Program-made: the position numbers and the translations under genes
Shown here: positions 32,002 through 46,060 of the stretch, one piece after another
Layout: every line of letters starts with the position of its first letter
Numbering within the stretch: position 1 is the first letter of the stretch
The notes under the pieces: model-generated
What the model was told of the DNA's origin: nothing
What the model saw: only the letters and a program-made list of their open reading frames with translations
Databases searched by the model: none
Assembly: GCA_964016885.1 (NCBI GenBank)
Contig: OZ024741.1
Coordinates: 203,236,001 to 203,300,000, forward strand
Reading direction: 5' to 3'
Origin: Eledone cirrhosa
Lineage: Eukaryota
Length of the DNA: 64,000 bases

Positions 32002-32285
32002 TTTTAAATATATATACATACAAATATATAGGTATGTCCATAGAAATCCAACTACACACACTTCCCATGCACACTCACATCCAAATCAACATATACGCAC
32101 ACACAAATCAGTAAACACACATATATGTAGATATAAAACAAACATGCACTCAAAATCCTTTCAACACATACATAGAAGTCACATGGCGGTATATATGTTG
32201 TTCACAAAGACATGCTCCAGCATGGCCGATGTTCTGTGGCTAAATCAAAAATATTAAGGAACATGCAAATATGACATGTCGCGAA

Positions 32286-32318
<33 letters not shown>

Positions 32319-32833
32319 TGTATGTATGTATGTATGTATGTATGTATGTATGTATGTATGTATGTACATACATTCTAGGAGAAGGAAAACTCTGATATAA
32401 CACCTGCAACCCTGATGGTATCCAATGATGTTGACATGTTCTTCTTTTTGGTAAATATCATCTTGGTTAAGAGAGTGGGACTGGCTTTGTGCAGTGCCTT
32501 TGCTCACTATAAAAGCTTCACGGCACAGGCATTGCTTTATATCTGGAGATCTCTCTGCACTTGTCACATGGTACCATGGGCCCAGCACTATGTGTCAATA
32601 ATCGTCACAAGTGTAGTGTTTGTACCAGAGTTTTCAAGTCGCTGGCTGGACTAAAAAGTCACACTCGTTCATTGCATCGGTGGGGGTTCTCCTACATGGA
32701 TATAAAGTAGTGGCAGTACTCGAAAACGAGTTGGCAGCCACCATGTATGTATGTATGTATGTATGCATTATGTATGCATGTATGCATGTAAACATATATG
32801 TATGCATGTATATATATAATCATTATAATAATG

Positions 32834-32866
<33 letters not shown>

Positions 32867-32888
32867 ATGGTAATAATGGGGTTTACCA

Positions 32889-32932
<44 letters not shown>

Positions 32933-33006
32933 ATGTGTGTGTGTGTATATATATATATTAAAAAAAAATATATATATATATACGCATATATATATATATG
33001 TATGTA

Positions 33007-33045
<39 letters not shown>

Positions 33046-34033
33046 GTGCGTGTGTGTGTGTATGTGCGGATAGATATGTATAAATGGATATATATACATA
33101 TATGTATATGCATGTATACATAGATATACATATATATATACGCATGCATGTGATTGTATGTGTACGTATGCGTCTCATATCACACACAATCATATGTAAA
33201 TACAACTGTGTACGTCAATGTACGTGGCTGAAATACTGCTAGCTCTGATAGTTATAGACGCATGAAACAACTGAATGATTAGAATAATCATGTTATATCT
33301 ACATAGTATAAAACATACCTTTTCGTTTCCATATTATATCATATAAGGATCTACATAAGAGAATGCATATTAATCATTCCCGTTACCATATTTCAAATGA
33401 GATATAATTGTCTATAATTTCCAAATTATCAAGAATTTGGAGGGATTTATTAAAACCACTAACTTTCTCATTATTAACAGTAATATATATAAGGTTAACT
33501 TTGCCTTTCATCCATACAGAGGTCGATAAAATAAAGTACCAGTAATGTACTGGGTAATTGCTGGCCTTGTGCCAATAGTAGAAACAATTATTAACAGTAA
33601 GTTGGTGTTTGGAACATAATTTTCTATAGGTTCTTACATAAAATTATGGTGGAAGGCCTTAGATAAATATAACCTCTTCATTACCATATTTTCAATGAAA
33701 TACTTCGCTTTTGTTTTTCAAATAATTTTGAAAATAATCAAGAGTTTTTAGGGATTTATTAATAAGATAGGTTATTACATGAAATTGTGATAGAAGGTTT
33801 TCAGATGAATGTAAAAGTTTTAAAATAAACAGCTTAGTGTTGCAGAACCAGGCGCGATTTTAGGTGGTTTTGTATCAATAAGTTTAAATATTTTAATATA
33901 TTTGATAATATTTGATATATTGTATATATATATATATATATGTATGTAGTATTAATTTGGAGGAAACAGTTGTAAGCATAAAAATGTTTTGAACAGTTCT
34001 TTGATTCTTATAATTCATATATGTATGTATATA

Positions 34034-34076
<43 letters not shown>

Positions 34077-34078
34077 AA

Positions 34079-34109
<31 letters not shown>

Positions 34110-34541
34110 CAATGTATATATATATATGCAAATATATATATATATATATATATATATGCATATAGTTGTATTGATATAGTCTAATATATTATATGAAATA
34201 TACGTTCTCTATAGAAGTAGTCCAATACATCTCTAGCTGAAATGATATACGGGAATGTCTGTGAATGTATGTATGTGGTAAACAATACATTTGTATTATG
34301 AATAAACGAAACATATTAAGACATAATTAGTTTAATGAACATACGTATAGTCCTATCTTATAGAACTAAGTTACTAAGTGAATGTCTATATTATCTTGTA
34401 AGGATCACTCATAGGTGTGTGTGTGGTTAGCGTTGACTATGTTGTACTCCAATGAATTATCGCCAGTAAACATCAATATATAAATTGTGATTACTTGCTC
34501 CCATAATAAACTGATAAATTTTAAGATTAACTGAGTGAATG

Positions 34542-34602
<61 letters not shown>

Positions 34603-34995
34603 ATTATTTAATTCATAAGCCTTGCATCTTCGAAATATATCTAATAAAATAGAGATGATCTAAAGTAACTATCTTTTGTTTATTATTATAATTATATATA
34701 TATATATATATACATCGTATGTATATATATATATATATATATACAGTCAACATTTATTATGGTGTACACTAATGACAACGCAAGTAAATATTAATATATA
34801 CACAAACTGTATGTAGTATTGTTTTCTCCCTCCTATAGTATATCTCAATAAAGGATATAACTATTAGGTTCTGAAATGAAATAAATAACCCCGCTTCCTG
34901 ATATTTCTATGATATTTGGAAAAGAAGAAAGTAAATAGCAAACGATAAATAGTTAGTGAAGACAACATCCAAAACAGGAAATTATGAACTAAATA

Positions 34996-35065
34996 CAGGG
35001 CCGTATTAACCCATGACCAGGCCCCTAGGCTCAGCCTAGTTAGCCTTATGAATAATACAACCCTG
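34996..35065. mobile_element. Miniature TIR element downstream of twist
   Basis: CAGGGCCGTATTA ... TAATACAACCCTG; 8-bp flanks actaaata/gataaata match 6/8. Confidence 0.45.
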
Positions 35066-35743
35066 GATAAATAGAAAGTAAAAGAAACAAGGTGATGAAA
35101 TAATAACTAAAATAACTTGAATTATGTATCCAAAATATATATATATATTCTTATATTATAATATATTTCAAGAACCAAAATAAGACTGTATTAGTCCATA
35201 AAAAAGTGTCATATTAAATGCATTTTAAAGATCTGTACATTAATTTATCATCTGTTTCCAGTTTTGGAAGCTGGTACAGTCACCTCTGCATGGACAGGAG
35301 GAATACTCACCGTACGGAGCCATTCACATAACTTACGAAACATTATAATACTTCCCAATGAAGCTAATCACTTTTTTTAAACAACACCTTTTGTCACTTT
35401 TTTCTCTTTCTGAATGTCTCTTTTCTTTTCCTTGTTGACCAGTGTCTGTAATACAATCGGCTGCTGCTGCTGGCCACTGGTAGGTAACGTTTCGCTTCGG
35501 ATCTAGAGAAATGACTTGTCAATTCGACTGTCATATCTCGCTTCTGTCACCATTCCAAGCAACAATCACTCGACAGATTAAATAGGATATTGCAGTCAAA
35601 ATATCTCCACACTTTGACTATACTCTTATATCACATGTAATTCATTATACAATGTTTGTAATCGCATATACCGTCAACTGGCGACCGATTGTTATGCTTT
35701 TTTTCTTTACGGAGTTGGACGTGTGAATTTTTCTTTAGAAAGT

Positions 35744-36334
35744 TCAATGTCCTCCCATCGACCACGCACCTTCCATCCTCCACACAGAGAAAGCATAGCT
35801 AAGTCTTTCGTGTGCCATGTAACTACACGATGCCATTTTATTGTCCGTGTCATCGCTACGAAGCACCTGATAAAGGAAATCAATATATCGTGCAGCAAGC
35901 TTTAGTGTTTGTATTTTGCTTAGTTTATCGGACGGCAGAGTAGGAATGATTTTACGAAGCTGTGCAAAAGCTTCGTTCAATGACTGAGTACGTTGTCGTT
36001 CACGTACATTAGCTAAAACTCTTTGATTCTGTATATCTTCAACAGACTGAGGATTTTTTCGCCGTGCTTTTCGCACTGCTGAAGAATGAGATGCACAGGT
36101 TACTGCAAGTGAATGGACCGGGGTCAACTTTAATGATTCCGGTGAGCTAACGTCGCTACAAAGGCCATTTTTCGTATAACCACGCTTTCGCTGTATTCGC
36201 ATTTTGTCTGTTTCATCATCACTGCTGGGTAGATCCTGATTCGACATTTGATGGTGATGGTGGTGATGATGATGATGGTGAGAGGACAGAGATAAGGAAT
36301 CTCCGTCCAGTAATGAGTGTTGCTCGGGTATCAT
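35744..36334 (-). CDS. twist: Twist family bHLH transcription factor (196 aa from the ATG; single coding exon)
   Basis: [55 protein letters not shown] bHLH and the C-terminal WR motif [14 protein letters not shown]. The track's first codon is TTG; the first ATG is at 36334. Confidence 0.97.
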   Translation of the reverse strand: MIPEQHSLLDGDSLSLSSHHHHHHHHHHQMSNQDLPSSDDETDKMRIQRKRGYTKNGLCSDVSSPESLKLTPVHSLAVTCASHSSAVRKARRKNPQSVEDIQNQRVLANVRERQRTQSLNEAFAQLRKIIPTLPSDKLSKIQTLKLAARYIDFLYQVLRSDDTDNKMASCSYMAHERLSYAFSVWRMEGAWSMGGH

Positions 36335-37344
36335 TTTCAATGTTCTACAGATTAAATATTTTCCACGGATGAATAGTTTTTATTCTCGTTTCTGTAGGAG
36401 TGGGAGTAAGTTTACAGTATGTTGGTACACGTGAAAATATTGCTTCACGTGTAAATTGATAACGTGTTGTTAAAAGCTGGTCATTTTTAAAAAAAATCAC
36501 ATCTGTATCGATAACATCGATTTTTGAAATTTTGAAATAATTATCATGTTTATTTCGTTTTGTTGTTTTAAATAGTTCCGTCAACTCAGTTTGCACAATA
36601 ACAAACCTTAGAGTAAATGTCTTTTTTTTTTTTTTAAAGTCGTGTTTATATTGATTATATGTGTGGACTTAATGTTTTTAGAAGTAAATATGTATGGGTG
36701 CAATATTGTTTTATATCCACGGTTACTTTGAAAACTTTTAAAGGTCTATAATGATCCGTTTCTTTTGTCAATGGTTTGTTTTCTTCCTTAATAGTAAGCG
36801 ATAAATGGTTGGAAAGTTAAATTCTAGCAACAGTTGTTGTTAGAAATAACAAAACAGTTGTTTAGGAATTTGACACAAATGAAAGATTATATGATGAGTG
36901 TGTTGAATGAAGTGCCACATCTACAATATATATATATGTATATATATAAACTTGTATTGTTACTGTGTAACTAGCCTGTCATAGATGTTCTTAGGTTTGC
37001 CAAACTTTCCAAGTAGAATGAGATGAAAACCCGAGCGATTCGTCTGTCAAACTCCAGTTTGTATGAAAACGTTAAGTGATGATTCCTAACCGACTGTTTT
37101 CTTATTTATAACTACCCCCTCTCTCTCACACTATAACTATATACATATATATATATATATACATACACACACGCATATATATATATATATGTTTATATAT
37201 ATATATATCACTCTCTCTATCTCTCTCTTCTGTCAGTATGTGGCCACAATACGTTGTCTTGTGAATGCGTTAGCAAGTGATAGTCCATGGCTGTTAAAAG
37301 CTGCATGATAGTGTGTTTCGATGTTTTTGTGTGCTACGTAATTT

Positions 37345-37429
<85 letters not shown>

Positions 37430-38203
37430 CAGACACCCTGTGATAACTATATATAAAGTTCTTTCTCTCACTTTCCTCTTGTCCTGAGTCTTATAGTGTC
37501 TTAGATGCCGTCAATCAAAAACAAAACTGTAGAATCTTTCGGTGCCTCATCCATAAAACAACCAATGGTAATAAAGTACTCTATTCTAAACGACCAATGA
37601 TAACCGAAAGAAGCCTTTTAACGGGACAGTAAGTGAAGCCTGCTCGTCGGAATATATACATTTATATGCTAAAAGACATAGAAACAACGATTACCCCCTA
37701 CCCTTTCCCTCCTGTCTGAAGACTCCCTTTACCATTAATGTTCTTCATCTGCCTGCCAACCCCACTCCAAGTAAATTCAAGAACTACTACGAAGGCTTCG
37801 TGAAGTGACACCCGAGCTGCCGACTAGAGCGATGTCTTTACAGTCAATACTACTACTAGCAGTACCACTGTCTGAATTTGTATAGACGGGGCAGAGGTTC
37901 CTCACTATAAGTTTCGTTCATACGCTGGTGAGTTATGTTGCAGCGTCAAGCAGTTTCATTCACTATAACATAGAACCAAGCTGGACACAGTTGGCAATTT
38001 TTTCTGTGATCATGTATATATTCTTTTATTGTTTTACTGGTTTCAGTCTTTAGACTGTGGCCATGCAGGGGCATCGACATAGCTTAGTCGATTATATGGC
38101 TCCCTGTATGTATTTTTTTATTTTATCAAATCTGATACTTATTTTATCTGGATCTCATCTCGTAGAAACGCTGTTACATAAACGCAGATACAAACACAAA
38201 GGT

Positions 38204-38338
<135 letters not shown>

Positions 38339-38594
38339 AGTGCATAAACGATGGGTTTCTTCAAACATCGGTCAATCCGAAGCTATAGTAGAAAACACTT
38401 GCTTAAGTTGCCGAGCAGCGGAACTGAACCGAAAACCACATTGTTGTGTTGCGAAGAAAACTCCAAAACCACACAGCTATGCCGAAAAACAAGGACCCAT
38501 TTCTTATAAGTGTTTCGGAATTATTTTCAAACCATTTTCTACTTCCTTCGAATTTATCGATGGAATCCCTATTTTACTTGTTCCAGCCAAGTTA

Positions 38595-38900
38595 CACGAT
38601 ATTGCGACGTGCAGCGCCTCGTTCACCGCCACCAACCTTGTTGCTTCAGCCACAAACCCGGGCCCCGCTGTCCGCAATACAGAAGAGAGGAAGATTGTCA
38701 AATACAGACCTGACAGACCGCTTCCTCTTTGCATCGGTCTCTATCGACACCTCTAGCGTCCTTAGTCCCCGCACTGCTGATTTCTTCCGTAAAATCGGAA
38801 AGGCCGCGGCCCACTTGAGGAGGGAGCCACGAGAGGTGAGGTGGCTGTTGCAGATGGTATCTGGCTATTCTCCGCGGTAACAACTTTGTCATTTTGTCCA
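38595..38900 (+). pseudogene. 3' fragment of a CRE-like non-LTR retrotransposon (RLE domain, frameshifted)
   Basis: Joined frames give D.ATC...ATNPGPAVRNTEERKIVKY / LTDRFLFASVSIDTSSVLSPRTADFFRKIG...EPREVRWLLQ, resembling the CRE C-terminal pattern. Confidence 0.65.
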
Positions 38901-39455
38901 CCGGGCGCGGCTGAGGAATCGCTCAGACTGGAGTGTAGTGTCTGCCCCCCCCCCCCATTTCTTCCGTTGCTTGATCCTTTTTTCTTTTTCTTTTTATTTC
39001 CTTCTTTCTTCCTTTTCTGTTCTCTTTAATATTCTGTTTTGTTTTTATTAGATACCTGTTAATTATTTTTATATAATATCAATGGTTTTTCATGTCAATT
39101 GTTTTTAATTTCAATTATTTTATAATAAAATATGTTTTATGTATTCAGAACTGATTCATTCGGGAGAAATCATCAGGAAGCCCTGATGATTTCTCCCGAT
39201 TGAAACAGTTCTAGTCCTGTAGAAGCCTTTTCTATATTAAATATATATATTATTATTATTACTATATATATATATATATATAGATGAGTTTCTACAGGAC
39301 TAGAACTGTTTCATTCTTTAGAAATCATCAGATGATTTCTAAAGAATGAAACAGTTCTAGTCCTGTAAAATCTCATCTATATTAAAACTGTTATACTCTG
39401 CAATGTATTGAGTACCTTACTTACTGTGGTTACCTCCGATTCAACCCGGAATAAC

Positions 39456-39532
<77 letters not shown>

Positions 39533-39597
39533 CATATATACATATATATATATGTATGTATAGTGCTCAACTAATCGTATATATGTATGTATTCAGA

Positions 39598-39668
<71 letters not shown>

Positions 39669-39730
39669 TCCCAAGGCTCTGATACCATCAACACTATACA
39701 CACAGAGATGGCATATCTAAGAACTGACTA

Positions 39731-39786
39731 ACTGCCTGATGAGGTCATAGCCATTCAATGGCTATCATCGAAATATATATAGCAGT
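39731..39786 (+). ncRNA. Type I hammerhead ribozyme
   Basis: actgc-CTGATGA-ggtc-atagccat/atggctat-catc-GAAA-tatata-TA^gcagt; perfect stem I and 8-bp distal stem II. Confidence 0.85.
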
Positions 39787-39827
39787 AAATAAAGGATTAT
39801 GAGTTCATGCAATTGACTTATGTTTCG

Positions 39828-39866
<39 letters not shown>

Positions 39867-40179
39867 TAAAATAACAGATTAAAGTTTAAGCAAAGAATCG
39901 CTATATATATTTATCCTTATCGAGCCCTCTTTGGATTTTAGTCTTCAAATTTATTATTATTACTATATATATATATATAAAATGTTTTCCTGGGTCATGT
40001 ATTTTCGTTGCTCTGGTAATGCGGTTGGACTGCCGACTGCTATATCTGATTTGCTAAGCTGTCTGAACGTAATGTTATTACCCTGGGGTCTTACCTCATC
40101 CGAGTGCTAAAGCTACAGACCGATTATGCATATACGCTAGCTTGGCCGTATACTAAAGCTTCGTCAATGCTGTACTAAA

Positions 40180-40511
<332 letters not shown>

Positions 40512-40715
40512 ACGAAGGAAATGTGGTAAGGAACCAGGTGGACCATAACGCACCAAAGTACTCAATACTTAGGGTAGTAGAGTGGGTAATAGGAACAAGT
40601 AAGACCCCGACGGCTGAGCTCAAGCCGTTTCGACGGCTAATTCTGTACTGAGTTTATTCAGTACAGAATTAGCCGTCGAAACGGCTTGAGCTCAGCCGTC
40701 GGGGTCTTACTTGTT

Positions 40716-40779
<64 letters not shown>

Positions 40780-41644
40780 CGTTTTATAATGATCCTTCTG
40801 GATCTATGCGCTCTGGTTTCAAATCTTACAGTGGTCAACTTTGCGTTTCATCATTTCGAGGTCGATTAATAAAATTCCTGTCCAGTATTGGTGTCGATTC
40901 TTCACCCCTCGTGTATCCCCCCTTTTGCCATCTCTCTGTCTGTCATCCCCCCTCTCTCTCTCTCCTCGGAGGAAACCAACTGCATTCAAACTCGGAGAAG
41001 GGTTGGCTCCGCCAGGTTAAAATGTCCATGATACAATTATCACCAACGCGTCTCTACGACTTAATACGCAGTGAAGAACCCAAGCATGTAAGTTTATATT
41101 ATCGATAAGCATCTCTACGAGTCCATAAGCTGTAAAGGGCTCATTCACGCAAGTCTATATTAGAGATAGATATAAAACTGCTTCTGTTTCTCTATAAAGA
41201 GAATTTGTTCAGCACAAACTTTATTATATGAATTATAAACCAAGATACAAGGCTAATAATGTATTGTATGTGTGTGTGTATGGGATGTCAACCAGAGAAA
41301 TATTTGAACTGATTCTGGGAACACCTTATTCTATATATTGTCATTACTACATTCTTTTGTCTTAGAACGAATATCATAAACAAAAAAAAAATGAGGAAAT
41401 TCGTGTTAGGTGTTTTGTTAAAGTGTTATTAAATATTTTGGAATGTTTCAGGTTGGTGAGGTAATTCAATAGATTCAGCATAAGCAATGTTATTATATAC
41501 ATATACCCCAGGTCTGAACACAATAAAACCAAAATTCTACTGTCACTGCTGCCGTCTCTCCCGCCCTGAAACCAGCTTCTACTATAGAAAAGGGATTGTT
41601 TTAAAGTGTTTATATTTATAGAAAAGCCTTCCATCATTATTTTA

Positions 41645-41752
41645 TCCCGCCGAGGTTGACTTTGCCTTTCATCCTTACGGGGTCGATAAAATAAAGTACC
41701 AGTAATGCACTGGGTAATTGCTGGCCTTGTGCCTAAAGTAGAAACAATTATT
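41645..41752 (+). mobile_element. SINE family 1, 3' half (also 15031-15123, 33491-33592, 48163-48342)
   Basis: Identity to the family consensus. Confidence 0.85.
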
Positions 41753-42223
41753 TTATGTAAGAACGTTTACGTTATGTTCCAAACGCCAAATTAAAAAGGG
41801 GAAAGTTAGTTATATTATTAAATCTCTCCAAATTCTTGATTATTTTCAAAATTAAATTAAAAAACACGGACAGTATCTTTCATTAGAAATATGGTAACAA
41901 AATGTAAATGAAGTGAAATGACTTCATCTGATGTCGCGAGTTTGTACCGATGACCGTTTACATCAAGCTCTTCATCGTTCAACATTATTATGATATATAG
42001 TATATATAGTATAATAAATATTTGTCTAATAACATGTTTCTGACACAAGAATATGAGGTGCAAGCATGGATATGTTGTTGCAACGTTATGATTTCGGGCT
42101 TTAGTCCACCGGCATGTCACATTAGGAAAGCGTCTTCTACTGTAGCCTAGTGTTGGCTAATGCACAGTCAATGGAAATTGGTAGATGGAAATTTTGCGGA
42201 AGTTCGTTGTATACACACACACA

Positions 42224-42290
<67 letters not shown>

Positions 42291-42737
42291 TGAATGAAGA
42301 AGTATATATATATATCTAAACGGGTATAGATACATACATACATACATACATACACAGCGTCCAACTAATACTGAGTTTGGTTCTTTGAAAGAGTTAATAA
42401 AATTAACACATTCAGAGCCTAATTAAATTAAATATGGGAAAAGCAAATAAGTTTTTTTTAAAAATCATTACTTACTCACATTAATGTCCCTTCACAGTTT
42501 GATTGGGGAAATATATATATATATATATATATATTGGTAAAAGGAAAACAAAATGCTGACAAATTGTTCCCAGTGAAAAATAGTTTAATTAGGAATAAGT
42601 AACAATTAGTAATAAGTATTGGTTTGTATTCAGTTTTAGTTTTAAGTTTTTACCGGTTGCGCATTTCTAATGCTTTTCAAAAATAATTTTGAGATAGAGC
42701 GCCCGTGATGTTTGCTCTAATCCGATTAGAGCAAACA

Positions 42738-43850
42738 TTAGTACGGCTGATACTTAAATATAAGTATGTATACGTACATACATATATGTATACAGACGTA
42801 CAGTGTTTACCGAACATTTATTATAATTTTCGGTTTGTTTGTAAACAAACAGCCCGAATTAAGCCGTACAGTGTTCGGCAACCATCGTCGCCCTTTTGTT
42901 CAACACTGACAAAGGAACGATGAACTAGTTTCAAGCTTATTTGCTATCGTCAGCATCGTATACCTTCCTGTCAGATGATTGAATGTCTGAAAGTATATAC
43001 TTTCCTTATGCATATTAACGGCTGAGCAGCCTAATTTGTATATCGTCTGAGTACACCCGGCTGACTAACTCACTCGATATGCAAATTAGGCTGCACAGCC
43101 GTTAATATGCATAAGGAAAGTATATACTTTCAAACGTTCAATCATCTGACAGGAAGGTATTTGATGCTGATTACAGCTAATAAGCTTGAAACTAGTACAT
43201 CGTTCCTTTGTCAGTGTTGAGAGAAAGAGCGACGATGGTTGCCGAACACTGTACGGCTTAATTCGGGCTGTTTGTTTACAAACAAACCGAACATTATAAT
43301 AAATGTTCGGTAAACCCATACGTACATAAATATATGTGTGCATGTATGCATATATATACATACTACTGTACGTCTCTCTCTCTCTATATATATATATGTG
43401 TACGTATACATACTTATATTTATGTAACAGCCGTACTAAGAGTGAGGCATGAAATTTCGTTTCATTTTTTTCATTTATCCTTTTCGGTGCGCTGGCCGAT
43501 TAACTCACTCTATATGCAAATTAAGCTGCTCAGCCGTTAATATGTATAAGGAAAGTATATATTTTCAGACGTTCAATCGTCTGGCAGGAAGGTATACGAT
43601 GCTGACGATAGCTAATAAGCTTGAAACTAGTACATCATTCCTGTGTCAGTGTTGAACAAAAAGGTGACGTGGTTGCCTAAACACTGTACGGCGTAATTCG
43701 GGCTGTTTGTCTGTTTACAAACAAACCGAGCATTATAATAAATGTTCGGTAAACCGATACGTGCATATATATATGTGTGCATGTATGTATATATATAGAT
43801 ACTACTGTACGTCTGTATACATATATGTATGTACGTATACATACTTATAT
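42738..43850. repeat. Foldback/MITE-like complex: ~300-bp unit forward (42738-43040) and inverted twice (43080-43439, 43495-43850)
   Basis: ttagtacggctg...gctgagcagcctaatttg and its reverse complements; matching ORF-track peptides (FVCKQTARIKPYSVRQPSS) on both strands. Confidence 0.8.
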
Positions 43851-43865
43851 ATACATATATATATA

Positions 43866-45196
43866 TATAGCAGAAGTATCCGGCGTTGCCCGGTTAAAAA
43901 ATAATGAAATTTAATTTAAAACTTTTTCTTTGGTACATTTGAAACTTCTGATATAGCTGTTTTTTTTATGTAACATATTATAGTTGCAATATGATTTCAT
44001 ACTTTCTCTTTTCATTCATTTCATACCTTGTCTGTGTTTGGTTTTTCATATCACTGATGGAATATAGTTGTAAATATTTTGGTTCTTTTTCTGAAAGTGG
44101 CTGAAGTGCTCCAATTCTGTGGTATACTTGTCCTTGGATAAAATGACGTCATTTGGAATGCATTATTGTACTTCTGGAAATTTTGAAGAACGTGTCTTCA
44201 TTCAGTTGTTGTGCCAATCAGCAGTTCCTTCAAGTTAGTTCAGGTAATAGCTTCAACTTAATCTTTCCATTTAAACAGAAAAATGCAGTCGACTCATCAT
44301 TCGTACATCTGATTCCTTTGATGAATAGTTACTTCCATTGTTGTATCTTCAGCAAGCGTTTTTGATTTTTGTTTCTCTCATTCATCCTGTCTATTTTGTG
44401 CACTTCTTATTCTTTGTTGATGAAGTCTTGATGGTCTTTGTGCATCTGATTTTTTCCTCATGATGAAACCTTGCTTTCTTTGTCCTATCATCCGCAAGCC
44501 TTTCTGATCTTTGTTCTTCTGATTAATTTTGCTTTTCTTTGTTTTTGGAGTCTTTCTGGTTGCTGCTCTTCACTTTCATTCTCCCTTTGTAGCTGCTTTG
44601 CCATAACTTTATGAGATATTCTTCCAAGTGAAGGTCTATTCTTTGGTGGTATTTTTTGCTTCCAGCTTTTAATATCACTATTATTTAACTAAAATTTTTA
44701 ATTTGTTCTGTTAATGGTGGATCTAAGTTGAGTCAAATTTCGTTGAATGAGGACTCACTGCATTAACTTGCAGTTATTTTTCGGAAACAACAACCAAAAA
44801 CTATAGGGAAATGAATATGCAAAAAAAAATATTATAGGCTTCACATGTGTTATTTTTTGTAGTGTATCCATAAATAAAATAAAGAACCAAACATTTAATG
44901 AGAGGACGATACACACATATACAGATGAAGCTATATAAGATGTGGCATATACACACACGCGTGTTAACTTGTTTTAGTTGTACCTTCGTTCATGCAAGAG
45001 ATAGAGAGTGATGTTCAATACTGAAGCAAGCATGTGTTTGTTTTAGTGTCGGCTACTATGTTGAACATGTGTCACTCGCTTTCTTCGCTTTCTTTATCAC
45101 TATTCTTTCCCTCTTGAATTACTATGTGAACATACAATGTATCAGGAAAATACGTCTAAATCTACTCATCAATGAAGGAAACTATTAATATATATA
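43866..45196 (-). mobile_element. Internally deleted Helitron remnant
   Basis: Minus-strand 3' hairpin CCGG-gcaacg-CCGG then ...GCTA. Broken coding remnants (M)PPKNRPSLGR, FCLNGKIKL, KYNNAFQMTSF and IQGQVYHRIGAL are typical of the RepHel N-terminus. The 5' boundary is approximate. Confidence 0.75.
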
Positions 45197-45325
45197 TTAA
45201 AATATAGAGCATTTAGTCGATTGGTTCTGATTTTGCCGAAACACTAAGTTACTGGACGTAAACAAAGAGTTAATGCGTATACATTGACATATGCACGCAT
45301 ATACACACAGGAACACATACATACA

Positions 45326-45432
<107 letters not shown>

Positions 45433-45867
45433 TAAACCACGGGCTTACACACAATTTATGCCAACGAAATTCCACTCACCAGGCTCTGGTTAACCCGTGT
45501 AATGGTACTGAACCCAGAAACTCGTGGTTGCGAAACGAACCCTTTATCTCTCCACTGCTATGCTTGCTTCCTCTTCAATTATCACTACACGCCCCCTTTC
45601 ACTTTACAGGTAAGCGTTCCACGCCTAATTGTAACAGGTGAACACCTATGAAAAGTTTGAGTTCTATAGCAAGCTTATAAAGTATTATAACCTACTGCGT
45701 AATGGCCACATTCGGTTTCGTCGACGAGTGTTCCATTAACGTGCATTTATCTGAGCTTCCCGTTGGCAGGTTTACCCTCAATACCGTTCTCAGGGAGATT
45801 CAGCGTGATACAGTATATTATAAGGCTTTCCCTAAGAATTACAGTTCATCTTGCATTATAATATAAG

Positions 45868-46060
45868 GGGCGGTGGATTGGTAGTATCGGTAGAGGGTCG
45901 AACGCCATGGTTTGACGCATAGAGTTACGCCCCTTGCTATTCTGAGTTCGAATCCCGCTGAGGTTAACTTTGCCTTTCATCCTTACAGGGTCGATAAAAT
46001 AAAGTACCAGTAATGCACTGGGATAATTGCTGGCCTTGTGCCAAAAGTAGAAACAATTAT
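45868..46060 (+). mobile_element. Full-length SINE family 1 with target-site duplication
   Basis: attataatataag at 45855-45867 and 46056-46068; box A and box B present. Confidence 0.9.
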
